64,000 bases of DNA from a virus. The position numbers were made by a program, and so were the translations under genes. A model generated the notes under the pieces. It had not been told where the DNA came from. It ran no database searches and was given only the letters and a program-made list of their open reading frames with translations. Every line of letters starts with the position of its first letter. Position 1 is the first letter of the stretch. Shown piece by piece: positions 1 through 10,447 of this stretch. Location of the stretch: positions 5,209-69,208 of IMG/VR virus record IMGVR_UViG_3300047481_001175; one strand, written 5' to 3'.

Positions 1-1014
1 ACCAATTGGATTTATAACGGACTGGCTTGGGAAATAGTTCCAAATCAAAGCCCCAGTTTTACAAATATCACAGTCAGCGGAACTATTACCGGTAATGTTA
101 CGGGCACAGTATCTAGTCTCAGTAATCACGGAATTGATGCTCTAAATGATGTTACAATAAGTTCTCCTACTAATGCACAGGTACTGTCCTATAATTCTAC
201 CACAAGCAGTTGGGAAAATGTCAGTCAAGGTGCCTTCGGCGGCGGAACGGTTCCTAATCCTATAAATTTAACCAATACTACAGTAAGCACAAGTTCAACC
301 ACTGGAGCTTTGAGAGTCGCTGGAGGTGTGGGCATAGTTGATGATCTATTCGTTGGCGGTGCTGTAACTGTAGAAGATGAATATTTAGATTTAAAAACTA
401 GAGCAGAGTTACGTTTCAGTGACACTGACAATTCTAATTATGTTGGTTTTAAAGCACCAACAAATCTAACTGCAAATAAAATTTGGGTCTTACCGGCTCA
501 GGACGGTGATGCAGGACAGTTCTTACAAACCGACGGTGCTGGCAATTTAACTTGGGCAGGCAGCGGTGGTGGTGGCGGTAGCTCAGTTGGTGGTTCAAAT
601 ACACAGATCCAATTCAATAACAACGGTATATTTGGCGGTAATGCATCATTTACATTTACTCCTGGTACAAGTACAGTTAATTTGGTGACTCTTGTAGCAT
701 CGGGCATAGCTACGTTTACTAATAATACTGCTAGTACAAGTTCTACCACCGGAGGAGTATTAGTACAAGGCGGTTTAGGTGTTGCAGGTCAAATAAATTC
801 CGCAGGTGCAACAAATAAATTCACAGCTTCGACCGCCTCGACCACAGCTAGTACAGGTGCAGTGGTAATCACCGGCGGTCTTGGTGTAGGTGGACAGATC
901 ACAGTAGGGGGTGATGTAAATATATCTACAGCTCCTACATTGGCATCTCACGCTGCTACTAAATCTTATGTAGATTCACAGGTACTGGCGCTTTCGATAG
1001 CGTTCGGAGTATAA
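1..1014 (+). CDS. Tail fibre-like virion protein, C-terminal part (5' end outside window)
   Basis: Frame is open from base 1. Gly/Ser/Thr-rich with three STxSTTG(A/G)xxVxGGxG(V/I) repeats, a GQFLQTDGAGNLTW segment and a C-terminal HAATKSYVD motif typical of phage fibres. Confidence 0.7.
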   Translation, partial: TNWIYNGLAWEIVPNQSPSFTNITVSGTITGNVTGTVSSLSNHGIDALNDVTISSPTNAQVLSYNSTTSSWENVSQGAFGGGTVPNPINLTNTTVSTSSTTGALRVAGGVGIVDDLFVGGAVTVEDEYLDLKTRAELRFSDTDNSNYVGFKAPTNLTANKIWVLPAQDGDAGQFLQTDGAGNLTWAGSGGGGGSSVGGSNTQIQFNNNGIFGGNASFTFTPGTSTVNLVTLVASGIATFTNNTASTSSTTGGVLVQGGLGVAGQINSAGATNKFTASTASTTASTGAVVITGGLGVGGQITVGGDVNISTAPTLASHAATKSYVDSQVLALSIAFGV

Positions 1015-1024
1015 GGAAAAATAA

Positions 1025-4000
1025 ATGGCAAAGAAATTAGTTAAGAATTATGTGTTTACTCCGGGCGTTAGCTTAGATGAAAATCTACTACCTAATGCCT
1101 ACAGTCTAATCAGTCAAAATCGACAGTTTATCTTAAAAGAAATTGTAGGATTTATTCAAAATCTTGTTACTGCCGGAGATTCTTCGTATGTGGGTTACAC
1201 ATTCAACACCGTAAAATGTGAACGAGACAGCGGTTATGTAATAGATGCACTTTTACATGATCTTCGATACGGCGGTAATGAAAATATAAGATATGTAGCA
1301 AGTCAATACTGGGACGGGTCTGTGGCTCAGATTGATGGTAACAGAATTCCAGAATATGAAGGTTATGAATTTGCTAGAGATTTAATCAATACATTTATTC
1401 TAACAAATACGATCGACCCTAGTCCAGAACAAGCAATAGAAACACAAGTCATTGACGGAACTAAAAACACAGAAGCAGGTGCATATGCCCGTGTGCAGAC
1501 ACTGCTTACTAATGTCAAAGACGTTATTGAAAACGGCCTGACCAGTCTGCCAGTTTTAGATATACAACTGGGTAGAATAGAAGTTTTAGGTAAAATTGAA
1601 TTAGAAGATATGTTGCTAATATCTAATGTAACCGACAACGTAGTAATTTACAATTTTGCCGAGCCTACCAAAGGTGGCACAGTAGAATTCAACGAAGGTA
1701 ACAGCACAGCGTATCCTAATGCTCTGCAGGTCAACAACGGTACAACAGTCATACGATTTAAATTTGATACATCGAATATGTCTAGTACAGACAGTGTACA
1801 AATTTTCCTTGAAAACACAGAACTCAAAGTAAGACCATACGACTTTGGCACAGACGCTATTGAGCGTATGCGAGTAGCCCAGCCACAGGCTATGTTAGAC
1901 GCTGACTTCGAATACGGTCTGCAGCCAACAAAGTGGCAGGCCATTGGTACTCAACGAGGATATCCCGCTACCTATGAAGTCAGTGCGACTGATATTCCAG
2001 TAAGTAGCATCGTAACTGATGCATCGACTGGTACAAGCGGAATTGGCGGAAGTTTAATAACAGTTACAACGGTAAGCTCACATGGTCTGGTAGCAGGACA
2101 GGCTATCAGTATCAGAGCGTTAGCATCCAGTATTACAGGATTTGCAAGAGCAGAAGGTACATTCATAATTTATTCTGTTCCAAGCGGAACCACATTTACT
2201 TACTATGCCAAAGCTAAGGTAGGAACAAGTAACGGAGAAGTTTTAGCAACATCTACATCTCAGCTAAGACAAGCCGCATTCTATACCGGAGCCAGTGTCG
2301 GACAACCAATATTTACTGTGTACAGTAACGGTAGCAGCGGGTCCTTTACCACTGCTTTACGAACAGAAAGCGGACAGAATACTCTTGCATTTATTGGACT
2401 GGCTCCTCCAATTGGAGCTCCGTTGTCCGGGACAAGCATTGCCAGCGGCACACAGATCGCTGGTGTGTTTGGACCTTCTAATTCTGACGGTATTGTAGAT
2501 TATAGATATGTACGAACTACCTATGGTGGCGGAGTTTCTAGTATAGATTTAGTAGACGTAAGTGGTTTGCAGGCAGGTATGGCTTTAGGCAATGAAGCTT
2601 CGCCTAATATCTTGCGAGAGATAACCTCTATAGACGGTATAACTTTGAATTTAAGCGGCGCAGTTACAGTAGGACATACTGGTGACAACAGTATATATAA
2701 CGGATCAGCTACTCCTGTAAATAGTTCAGGAGTGAATGCATTTTTTAACATCACAGTAACATCTGGCAATTATGCTGTGGCCGGTATTGGGTCTAGTGGC
2801 GGTGGTACAGGTTGGGCAGTAGGAGATACAGCTCTAATCACCGGAGATTTTTTAGGCGGTGCTACCCCCGCCAATGATTTGTATATTAACATAGATTCAA
2901 TATCGGGGGATGCAGTAACAGGAGCCAGTATCGTTCAGGGAACGGGTACAGGTAGCGGATCATTCAACGACATTGAAGCATATGGTGATGCGTCTAAAGG
3001 TTCGGGCGGTGGAAATTGGTTCATAACCAGGGCTGGCGGCACTTATAGTCTTACGACAGCTCCCAGCAGCGGCGGCACAAAATATTATGTCGGTAATAAA
3101 TTTAAAATCCCAGGAACCAGTCTAGAAGGCGCAACTCCGGCCAATGATGTATTACTACGTATAGATTCGGTATCAGCACCTGGAGGTTACCCTACTGCGG
3201 CATCTATTACTTCAGGCACAGCAGCCAGAGGAGATCAAATCCCAGTTTATGCCACAGTAACATTATCGGAAAATACAACAGGAATAGTATCAGCTTCGGC
3301 AACAATTACCTATTCGTCTATTGCAACAATTCAGGTGGCATTTCCTTCAAATCACGGATTTGTTCCGGGTATAGGTTTAAATGTGGCTATAACATCAACC
3401 GGAACTAATCATGCTCTAGCATCCGGTCCGTTCGCAGTCGAAGAAATAGTGGCCACAAATGTCATAAGATATACTGCTAGATCATCTGGTACAATAGATT
3501 CAGCAACATTGTTACAGGGTGTAGTCTATGTACGGCCTGATACTTTCTTTACTCATAGACCGTTTGACGGCGGTGTTCAGCTGGGTACAGGCGGCCCGCA
3601 ACACGGTGGCCAAGCTATTCGTCAAAGTAAAAAATATATTCGTTACCAATCTGGTAAAGGCGCGATGTATAACACAGGTGCCTTATTCGCTCCTAGTTTT
3701 GACGTTAGAAGCATAACAGCCGCTGCGACTGCATCGGGTTCGTTGATTACTATTGTTACCGACGATGTAGACCACGGATTACAGGCTGGTGCTACTATTA
3801 GATTATCGGGTGTGCAAACGACTGGATATAATGGAGATTATCAGGTCAGTGAAATCGTAGATGAAAGGACTTTTAGAGTAGTAGCTCAAACTGCGCTAGG
3901 CGATACTACAGGTGCTATCGGCAGTCAATGTCAAATGTCGTTAGTATATTGGCATGGCGCAACTGTGAGGTCAGGACCGTTCGATGATCAAAATGGAATT

Positions 4001-6256
4001 TTCTTCCAGTATGATGGTCAAAAACTCAGTGTAGGTAGAAGAAGTTCAACATTTCAAATAGCAGGTACAATATCTGTGAACACAGACAGCAATGCAGTAA
4101 CCGGAACAAATACTAGATTTTTAGATCAATTGCAAGAAGGTGATAGAATTGTCATCCGCGGTATGACACACGTAGTGGCTAATATTACATCTAACACAGT
4201 GATGACAGTCACTCCAGATTTTAGAGGTGTGAATAACGTTTCGGGAGTAAAAGTTTGTAAAATTCAGGACATTATTATACCTCAGAATGAATGGAATCTA
4301 GATCGCTGTGATGGCACAGGACCCAGCGGATACAACATCGACGTGACAAAAATGCAGATGATCGGTATCCAATACAGCTGGTACGGTGCTGGATTTATTG
4401 ACTGGATGTTAAGAGGACCCAGTGGTGAATATGTATTCTGTCATAGACTCAAAGGTAACAACTTAAACACCGAAGCTTATATGCGTACTGGTAACGGACC
4501 TGTGCGATACGAGGTATTAAACGAAGGTGCAAGAAGTAGATTGACTAACACAATCAGTGACAGTCAAACTACAATTACACTAGACGATGTATCAGATTTT
4601 CCTACCAGCGGAACTGTATATGTTGATAACGAATTAATATCTTACTCGGGAAAAACCGCCGCAACAAATCAACTAACAGGTTGCACTCGTTCGGCTTCCC
4701 TGAGCAATTTTGCAGCAGGTGCAACAAGAACATATACTGCAGGTGTAGCTGCCAGCCATGTGACTAAACAAGGAGTAGTGCTTGTTTCTTGTACAACCAG
4801 TCCTATTATCAGCCATTGGGGTAGTGCATATTTGATAGATGGGAATTTCGACGAAGATCGAGGTTATATTTTTAACTATGCTGCAACAAGTGTCAGCGCA
4901 AGCACTACAAAACGTACAGCATTCTTAATTAGACTAGCACCCAGTGTTTCTAATGCAGTTACCGGAGATCTTGGAGAACGAGAATTACTTAACAGAGCTC
5001 AATTATTGCTTAATGCTCTCTCAATCACTTCTGACACAGTAGCTGGAGGCGGAGCGATAGTCGTTGAAGGTATCTTAAACCCTAATAATTATCCAACAAA
5101 TCCAGCTAATATTCAATGGAACGGACTAAATTCTGCAGCAGCAGGAGGACAGCCTAGTTTCGCACAGATAGCATTAGGCGGTTCTGTTAGTTGGGGTGCT
5201 GCTGGATCAACAAGCACCGCCACAGTAGCTGGGGCTGTTACAACCACAGTATCAGCACAGGGTCTAGCATTGGTTACATTCTCAATGACCACAAGAGTCT
5301 ATTATGCACCCAATTCGGCCTATAGCGGTACAAACTTCTTCTTCATCACGATATCAGATTACAATGCATTTACGACCAAACCCTTGGTCGGCGACGGGAT
5401 AACCGGTACAAATATTCCTGCCAGTACCAATATAAACCAAATTTCTATTTGGGACAGCACTTATTATATTATCCGTATGAGTAAAAATTGGACTGGGAAT
5501 ATATCTGGTAACGGTTCAGTAACAGTAACTAATCAGATCAGCAGTAACTATAACAGTGCATTTAGAAGCGGACAACGAGATTTCTTGATAACCAACTCAG
5601 TCGCTGCTTCTAGCGGAATCGCAGTTGGTGATACTGTAAGCTCTGCTAATTTATCCAGTACCAAGGTTGACATTATTACTAGTAGCTATGTAACATTGGC
5701 AGGTACTGCTTACACAAGAGTTCAAACGAGCGGGAGTGCAAGCTCTACATCAACCGGCGGATCAAACATCAGTACCACGGTAACAGCTAATCAAACAGCA
5801 GCAAGCTACAGTGGTGTAAATTACTTGTTCTTTACGTCTGCGACATTCCCAGCGTCTGGTGCTACTACCGGTACTAGATTAGATCCGTCAGTGACACAAT
5901 TTCCAGCAGGTACGATTGTCAGTGCGGTCACTACGAGAACATTAGGTGCAACAACTGTTTACAGAGCAACATTTTCACAGACATCTACATCATCGATTGC
6001 TGCGGCCGCGACTGTTACATTCGCTTTTGGTGCGGAGTTCGCTTTGCCCGGCGAGCAGGTATTTTCGTTTATTGCTAATCCCGGCGAGACTTCAACATTA
6101 GATTTAACTGCACTGAAAGAACTTGGTACGACAGCTATTGGAGGTAGAGGAACCTTCCCCAACGGTCCTGATGTATTGGCTATCAATATTTTTAAAGTAT
6201 CAGGATCGGCAACGAATTGTAATTTAATTCTTCGTTGGGGCGAAGCTCAGGCGTAA
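1025..6256 (+). CDS. Large Ser/Thr/Gly-rich virion structural protein (fibre/baseplate-associated), 1743 aa
   Basis: Long ORF with beta-rich composition, KCERDSGYVIDA motif and repeated ITVTTxxxHGL modules; SD AAGGA upstream; lies in the structural module. Confidence 0.65.
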   Translation: MAKKLVKNYVFTPGVSLDENLLPNAYSLISQNRQFILKEIVGFIQNLVTAGDSSYVGYTFNTVKCERDSGYVIDALLHDLRYGGNENIRYVASQYWDGSVAQIDGNRIPEYEGYEFARDLINTFILTNTIDPSPEQAIETQVIDGTKNTEAGAYARVQTLLTNVKDVIENGLTSLPVLDIQLGRIEVLGKIELEDMLLISNVTDNVVIYNFAEPTKGGTVEFNEGNSTAYPNALQVNNGTTVIRFKFDTSNMSSTDSVQIFLENTELKVRPYDFGTDAIERMRVAQPQAMLDADFEYGLQPTKWQAIGTQRGYPATYEVSATDIPVSSIVTDASTGTSGIGGSLITVTTVSSHGLVAGQAISIRALASSITGFARAEGTFIIYSVPSGTTFTYYAKAKVGTSNGEVLATSTSQLRQAAFYTGASVGQPIFTVYSNGSSGSFTTALRTESGQNTLAFIGLAPPIGAPLSGTSIASGTQIAGVFGPSNSDGIVDYRYVRTTYGGGVSSIDLVDVSGLQAGMALGNEASPNILREITSIDGITLNLSGAVTVGHTGDNSIYNGSATPVNSSGVNAFFNITVTSGNYAVAGIGSSGGGTGWAVGDTALITGDFLGGATPANDLYINIDSISGDAVTGASIVQGTGTGSGSFNDIEAYGDASKGSGGGNWFITRAGGTYSLTTAPSSGGTKYYVGNKFKIPGTSLEGATPANDVLLRIDSVSAPGGYPTAASITSGTAARGDQIPVYATVTLSENTTGIVSASATITYSSIATIQVAFPSNHGFVPGIGLNVAITSTGTNHALASGPFAVEEIVATNVIRYTARSSGTIDSATLLQGVVYVRPDTFFTHRPFDGGVQLGTGGPQHGGQAIRQSKKYIRYQSGKGAMYNTGALFAPSFDVRSITAAATASGSLITIVTDDVDHGLQAGATIRLSGVQTTGYNGDYQVSEIVDERTFRVVAQTALGDTTGAIGSQCQMSLVYWHGATVRSGPFDDQNGIFFQYDGQKLSVGRRSSTFQIAGTISVNTDSNAVTGTNTRFLDQLQEGDRIVIRGMTHVVANITSNTVMTVTPDFRGVNNVSGVKVCKIQDIIIPQNEWNLDRCDGTGPSGYNIDVTKMQMIGIQYSWYGAGFIDWMLRGPSGEYVFCHRLKGNNLNTEAYMRTGNGPVRYEVLNEGARSRLTNTISDSQTTITLDDVSDFPTSGTVYVDNELISYSGKTAATNQLTGCTRSASLSNFAAGATRTYTAGVAASHVTKQGVVLVSCTTSPIISHWGSAYLIDGNFDEDRGYIFNYAATSVSASTTKRTAFLIRLAPSVSNAVTGDLGERELLNRAQLLLNALSITSDTVAGGGAIVVEGILNPNNYPTNPANIQWNGLNSAAAGGQPSFAQIALGGSVSWGAAGSTSTATVAGAVTTTVSAQGLALVTFSMTTRVYYAPNSAYSGTNFFFITISDYNAFTTKPLVGDGITGTNIPASTNINQISIWDSTYYIIRMSKNWTGNISGNGSVTVTNQISSNYNSAFRSGQRDFLITNSVAASSGIAVGDTVSSANLSSTKVDIITSSYVTLAGTAYTRVQTSGSASSTSTGGSNISTTVTANQTAASYSGVNYLFFTSATFPASGATTGTRLDPSVTQFPAGTIVSAVTTRTLGATTVYRATFSQTSTSSIAAAATVTFAFGAEFALPGEQVFSFIANPGETSTLDLTALKELGTTAIGGRGTFPNGPDVLAINIFKVSGSATNCNLILRWGEAQA

Positions 6257-6520
6257 TTATTCTCGAATATCGTTTATTCGTTTTTGAATTTTTTTACGGA
6301 TTTCTGCTATTCGAGATTTTGATTCGTCGAGTCCCATAGGCAGACTATGGGACCTTACTAATTCTTCGTGAAACGTATCTAACTTCTTAACTTCGTTTAC
6401 TAGTTTGTTTAGTAATTCTAGTAATTCAGTTTTTTGATTGCAGTCAGACATACTGTCTACTTTAATTCTCCAACTTCTATATTCTGATTGAAATCTTTCA
6501 TTCTTTAGCATTGACAACAT
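6257..6520 (-). CDS. Hypothetical coiled-coil protein
   Basis: 87-aa ORF co-oriented with and overlapping its neighbour. Confidence 0.55.
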   Translation of the reverse strand: MLSMLKNERFQSEYRSWRIKVDSMSDCNQKTELLELLNKLVNEVKKLDTFHEELVRSHSLPMGLDESKSRIAEIRKKIQKRINDIRE

Positions 6521-6890
6521 ATTCTAACTCCAATATAGTTTCTATTTTAGTTCTGATGATTTGATTACTCAAAGTAGTTTTAAGTCCGCTGTGTAAATTT
6601 TTAGGCAAATAATTTAACTGTGCCCAACATATTGTAGCGGCAGCAGTGGTTAGGAATTCATTATCAACCAAACAAACATATGTTCCGTATTCGAAACCAC
6701 GATCCTCGCTGAGATATAATTCTATAGGCAACAATCTACCTTTGCAGTAATTTGTTAGTAAATCTCGAGAATCTTCTAGAAGGTTAGATTTTCTACCAAA
6801 AGTAGGCACAGTCCACTTGCCTTCTTCGTCTATCAATAATATTCTACCAGTGTCTTTGGCTAAAAAAAGAATTCCTGCTCTCTGTTGCAT
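6498..6890 (-). CDS. Degenerate NUDIX-fold protein
   Basis: AGILFLAKDTGRILL...W.VP start resembles NUDIX but the Nudix box is not intact; start placed 5 nt after a TAAGTA motif. Confidence 0.45.
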   Translation of the reverse strand: MQQRAGILFLAKDTGRILLIDEEGKWTVPTFGRKSNLLEDSRDLLTNYCKGRLLPIELYLSEDRGFEYGTYVCLVDNEFLTTAAATICWAQLNYLPKNLHSGLKTTLSNQIIRTKIETILELEYVVNAKE

Positions 6891-6901
6891 AGTCATACTT
6901 A

Positions 6902-8350
6902 TTAAGCATCGAGATCAAATCTCCAGAAACCGACATTATATTCACCTTCAAAACTCTTTAACCACTGATCACCATCCCACTTATATTGAATCCCTGTGGT
7001 TAGATTTGTAACATAATTATTAGCGTTTTGTTCAGTAGGAGTAAACACAGTGACCCATTGATCACCGTTCCACTGGATGATAGAATTTTCTAATATTTCT
7101 GGATCACTGCCGTCGATATTTTTCCACGCATCTGGACCATCGTACCCTGATTGACCTCGATTAGCACTGCTATTTACAGCGTCTAACATTAGGTACCTAG
7201 TTCCAATAGGAATATTTCCTATACCGTTGAATGTCTTTTTAGGATTAAAATTGTACGGATCAATAATAGCTGTCAGTGCAGGTAATGTGTTTGACGGCAC
7301 TGTATCTCTGTCAATAGTAACAGATAAAAACGTAGGATCAATCGCATTGACTGTGAAAGTTCCTGTGACTTCGTAACCGCTGGGCTGTAAGAAATGTATT
7401 TTACTGAGACCAGAAACATAGCCTCCTTGTTGTTCAAGCACTGTGTTCCAATCTATTTCCTTACCTAATTTACTAGTGATAGGTATTTTCAATACATTTG
7501 CTAATTGATCTATATCTAATATTGAAACGGTATACAAGTTAGGTAGGTTAGAGTTGTTAGCACTTAATAATAAAACACTGTAATTATCATTAGTTCGACG
7601 TAGAGAAATATCAGCTCCCCGATTTCCTAGATTAAATGACAGGTCGTTCAAGCTTAATACATCTCCACTTTCTGAGAATACATTTAAAATCACAGTTCTA
7701 ACTATGCCTAATTTCTTAACCTTAGCCGGAGGAGTAATCCATACGGGCATTTCAAATTCTAGTGTGCAAATATCTATTTCAGATTCTGCACCTTGAGGTA
7801 TGGTTCTTGAACTAAAATTTATGTTAGTGATATAAATGGTGCTTAGACTAGTCCAATCAATGTAATTATCCGTGGTCTGTATTTCTAAACTAGGATTAAA
7901 CAATACTAAAATTTGTTCTAATATCTGTAGCTTTTGATCTGTATTGCTAGTCCAGATATCTGCCTTCATTGACAATTTAAACGGAGTTGGCATTATACGT
8001 TCTACAGTGTAACCCCCGCCTTGATTGCCACCGTATACTGGATCTCCTGCGGCATCAAATTCGTAAGATCGTTCTCGTATTTGTACTTTGCTTACAAACG
8101 TCGGATCTGCCAATCTAGTAGTGTCTAGTTCAAGTCCCGATATATAGCAGGCTACTTTAGGAACTGTAGAAAGTTTATTTTCAGAATTATCTTTGATAAT
8201 TCCCGCAACCTGTCTAGTCATATCGCCATACATTACCGGTATATGTCTTTCTTCAGGTACAGTACCGCCAGTTTTATATTTAAAACCTATAAACACCCGC
8301 AAGAACTGTGTTACATATCTTCGTATCTGGCCGTCGTAAAAATAATCCAT
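6902..8350 (-). CDS. Tail sheath stabiliser/completion protein (T4 gp15-like) with C-terminal extension
   Basis: N-terminal YFYDGQIRRY..QF..F, IPVMYGD, and DQKLQILEQILVLFNP motifs characteristic of the gp15 family. Confidence 0.75.
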   Translation of the reverse strand: MDYFYDGQIRRYVTQFLRVFIGFKYKTGGTVPEERHIPVMYGDMTRQVAGIIKDNSENKLSTVPKVACYISGLELDTTRLADPTFVSKVQIRERSYEFDAAGDPVYGGNQGGGYTVERIMPTPFKLSMKADIWTSNTDQKLQILEQILVLFNPSLEIQTTDNYIDWTSLSTIYITNINFSSRTIPQGAESEIDICTLEFEMPVWITPPAKVKKLGIVRTVILNVFSESGDVLSLNDLSFNLGNRGADISLRRTNDNYSVLLLSANNSNLPNLYTVSILDIDQLANVLKIPITSKLGKEIDWNTVLEQQGGYVSGLSKIHFLQPSGYEVTGTFTVNAIDPTFLSVTIDRDTVPSNTLPALTAIIDPYNFNPKKTFNGIGNIPIGTRYLMLDAVNSSANRGQSGYDGPDAWKNIDGSDPEILENSIIQWNGDQWVTVFTPTEQNANNYVTNLTTGIQYKWDGDQWLKSFEGEYNVGFWRFDLDA

Positions 8351-9609
8351 TATGAATCTGCCTTAGGTCTAAGAGCTTTGCTAAGACTCTGTTTTTCTTT
8401 AACTGTTTTACCGTTAATTCTATCAGTTTTCTGATTATTAATAAATCCAGCTTTTTGTGTATATCTTGCTTCTTTGCCTTCAAACATATCGCCGCTTTCT
8501 TGAACATCATCGACTCCAAGATTACTCATAGTCATTCGAACCTGATCTTCAAATTTAATCCATCTTGTTCCATTAAAACGGAATAACCTTTTAGGAATAA
8601 AATCTAATCTGAGACAGAACTGTCCTTCAACTGGATTAGCAGGGAACCCAGCACCTGCAGAAAACGGAGCACCGTTAGGAGGTAGTCCGTCACCTAACAA
8701 GTAACTGTCGTATCCTTCGCTGGTCGGACTTTGTATCGATGTAGACGCTGTAGCACCTACATATATCGGATCACCATTTTCGTCAAACAGTAAATTGCCA
8801 TACTCGTCTGTGGCTTGGGTTTCTCTAGAAGCATCAATCTGTGTCGTATCAACGCTGACCAATTCAGTACGTCCGTCGTCGTTTTTCTGTATGTGATAAA
8901 ATCTGTTGGTATCGTATCCGCTGCGAGGAGCATCTGATTCGGCTTGATCGAGTACTGCTTGAGTGATCTGCATCTCTTTTTCATAGGTGCTCATCACATC
9001 TCTCAGAGTCTGATCACTGCCTTCGCCTGCTAGACCATCTAGTATCTCTTTAAATTCTTGACTGTCTACTAAAGGTTTACATTTAGCTCGATAAAGATGT
9101 GGGTACCAAGTAACTGAAAAACCTTCAGCTGCTCTAGAAATCTCTTCAATCACATAAAATCTTTTTAAAGAAAATTGAAAATCATTCAAAGCAAACTGGT
9201 CTTTAAGATGGGGCAATTCTATAACGTCCCCAGCTATTAATTTTCTGCCTATTTTTTCAACAGTATCATTGATATGAAAGCTTATAAAAATAGTATCGTT
9301 TTGTAAAAATAAACCAAATTGACTTAGGTTAAAATCGGTATCTTGTATGTTATAAACACCCCTAAGCACATAGATATCTGGATCATATTTTCTATCTCTG
9401 TTTTCTAAAAATAATAGATCTTGGATGTTACTTACACTGTTATTAGCATAATTTGGCGTTGATGGGGTATCTTCGGCAGGTGTACCTGGGCCTATATATT
9501 TGTGTACGAAAACGTCAGTACCGCCGACCTGGAACATTTCCCAGATATTTTTATCGATAAACTTGTAATCGTTGCCCTTTTCTGGGCGATAAAGCGAAAG
9601 TCTTGGCAT
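8350..9609 (-). CDS. Neck/head-closure protein (T4 gp14-like)
   Basis: VGGTDVFV, FNLSQFGL, GDVIELPH and YRAKC motifs; sits between gp15-like and gp13-like genes; start MPRLS follows TAAATA. Confidence 0.6.
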   Translation of the reverse strand: MPRLSLYRPEKGNDYKFIDKNIWEMFQVGGTDVFVHKYIGPGTPAEDTPSTPNYANNSVSNIQDLLFLENRDRKYDPDIYVLRGVYNIQDTDFNLSQFGLFLQNDTIFISFHINDTVEKIGRKLIAGDVIELPHLKDQFALNDFQFSLKRFYVIEEISRAAEGFSVTWYPHLYRAKCKPLVDSQEFKEILDGLAGEGSDQTLRDVMSTYEKEMQITQAVLDQAESDAPRSGYDTNRFYHIQKNDDGRTELVSVDTTQIDASRETQATDEYGNLLFDENGDPIYVGATASTSIQSPTSEGYDSYLLGDGLPPNGAPFSAGAGFPANPVEGQFCLRLDFIPKRLFRFNGTRWIKFEDQVRMTMSNLGVDDVQESGDMFEGKEARYTQKAGFINNQKTDRINGKTVKEKQSLSKALRPKADS

Positions 9610-9642
9610 AGTCTTATATTTACCGCTACGATAAATAGTTGT
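9610..9642. promoter_or_regulatory. Back-to-back late-type promoters (TAAATA on each strand)
   Basis: TATTTA at 9617-9622 (minus strand) and TAAATA at 9632-9637 (plus strand), 7 and 5 nt from the two divergent ATGs. Confidence 0.7.
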
Positions 9643-10401
9643 ATGAGCCAAACTAACCAGATCAAACAGGGTGTTTACGATTACTGCAGAACTATGCTAG
9701 GCGACGGTATGGTAGATGTAGAGCTAGATCCCGTCCATTACGAAACCGCATTAAACAGAGCTTTGGCTGTGTTTAGACAACGTAGTGATAATTCAGTAGA
9801 AGAATCATATATATTTTTAAATCTTCAACCAGATGTAAACGAGTATACTTTACCACAAGAAATACAACAGGTTCGACAGATTTTTCGTAGAAGTGTGGGG
9901 TCTCGAACGGGAGGAGGCACAGGCGGTACAGTATTCGAACCGTTTAATCTTGCCTACGCTAATACCTATCTTTTGAGCTCAACAAATATGGGTGGTTTGT
10001 TAACCTATGAATTGTTTTCAGGTTATCAAGAATTAGTAGGAAAAATGTTTGGCAGTTTCATAAACTTCACATGGCATCCGGAAAGTAGAAAACTGGTTAT
10101 ACATCAAAGGCCTAGAACAGAAGAAAGTGTAATGTTACAGGCATATAATACCAAACCAGATACTACGATAATCCAAGATGTTTATGCCGGACAATGGATC
10201 AAAGATTACACATTGGCTAACTGTAAAATGATGCTAGGACAGGCACGTAGTAAATTTGGACAAATCGCAGGCCCGCAAGGTGGAGGCCAATTAAACGGCA
10301 CAGCACTGATATCAGAAGCTCAACAAGAAATGGAAAAACTTGTTGATGATCTTATGAAACTTGTTCCGGGCGGATCTGGGTACACATTTATTATCGGTTG
10401 A
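9643..10401 (+). CDS. Neck protein / head-tail adaptor (T4 gp13-like)
   Basis: DYCRTMLG..VDVEL, WIKDYTLA..K..LG..RSKF..I.GP.GG..LNG motifs; start 5 nt after TAAATA. Confidence 0.75.
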   Translation: MSQTNQIKQGVYDYCRTMLGDGMVDVELDPVHYETALNRALAVFRQRSDNSVEESYIFLNLQPDVNEYTLPQEIQQVRQIFRRSVGSRTGGGTGGTVFEPFNLAYANTYLLSSTNMGGLLTYELFSGYQELVGKMFGSFINFTWHPESRKLVIHQRPRTEESVMLQAYNTKPDTTIIQDVYAGQWIKDYTLANCKMMLGQARSKFGQIAGPQGGGQLNGTALISEAQQEMEKLVDDLMKLVPGGSGYTFIIG

Positions 10402-10427
10402 CCTTATCGTAATAGATCTGCTATAAT
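10398..10427 (+). promoter_or_regulatory. Sigma70-type promoter for dNMP kinase
   Basis: TTGACC-18 bp-TATAAT with TG extension, followed by SD GGAGG. Confidence 0.7.
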
Positions 10428-10447
10428 GTTCTTAATCGGAGGACATT

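Noticed and set aside
225-6186. Numerous short antisense ORFs inside the fibre genes (likewise inside sheath, terminase and helicase)
   Set aside because: Shadow frames of long Gly/Ser/Thr-rich genes, with no promoter, SD or recognisable motifs
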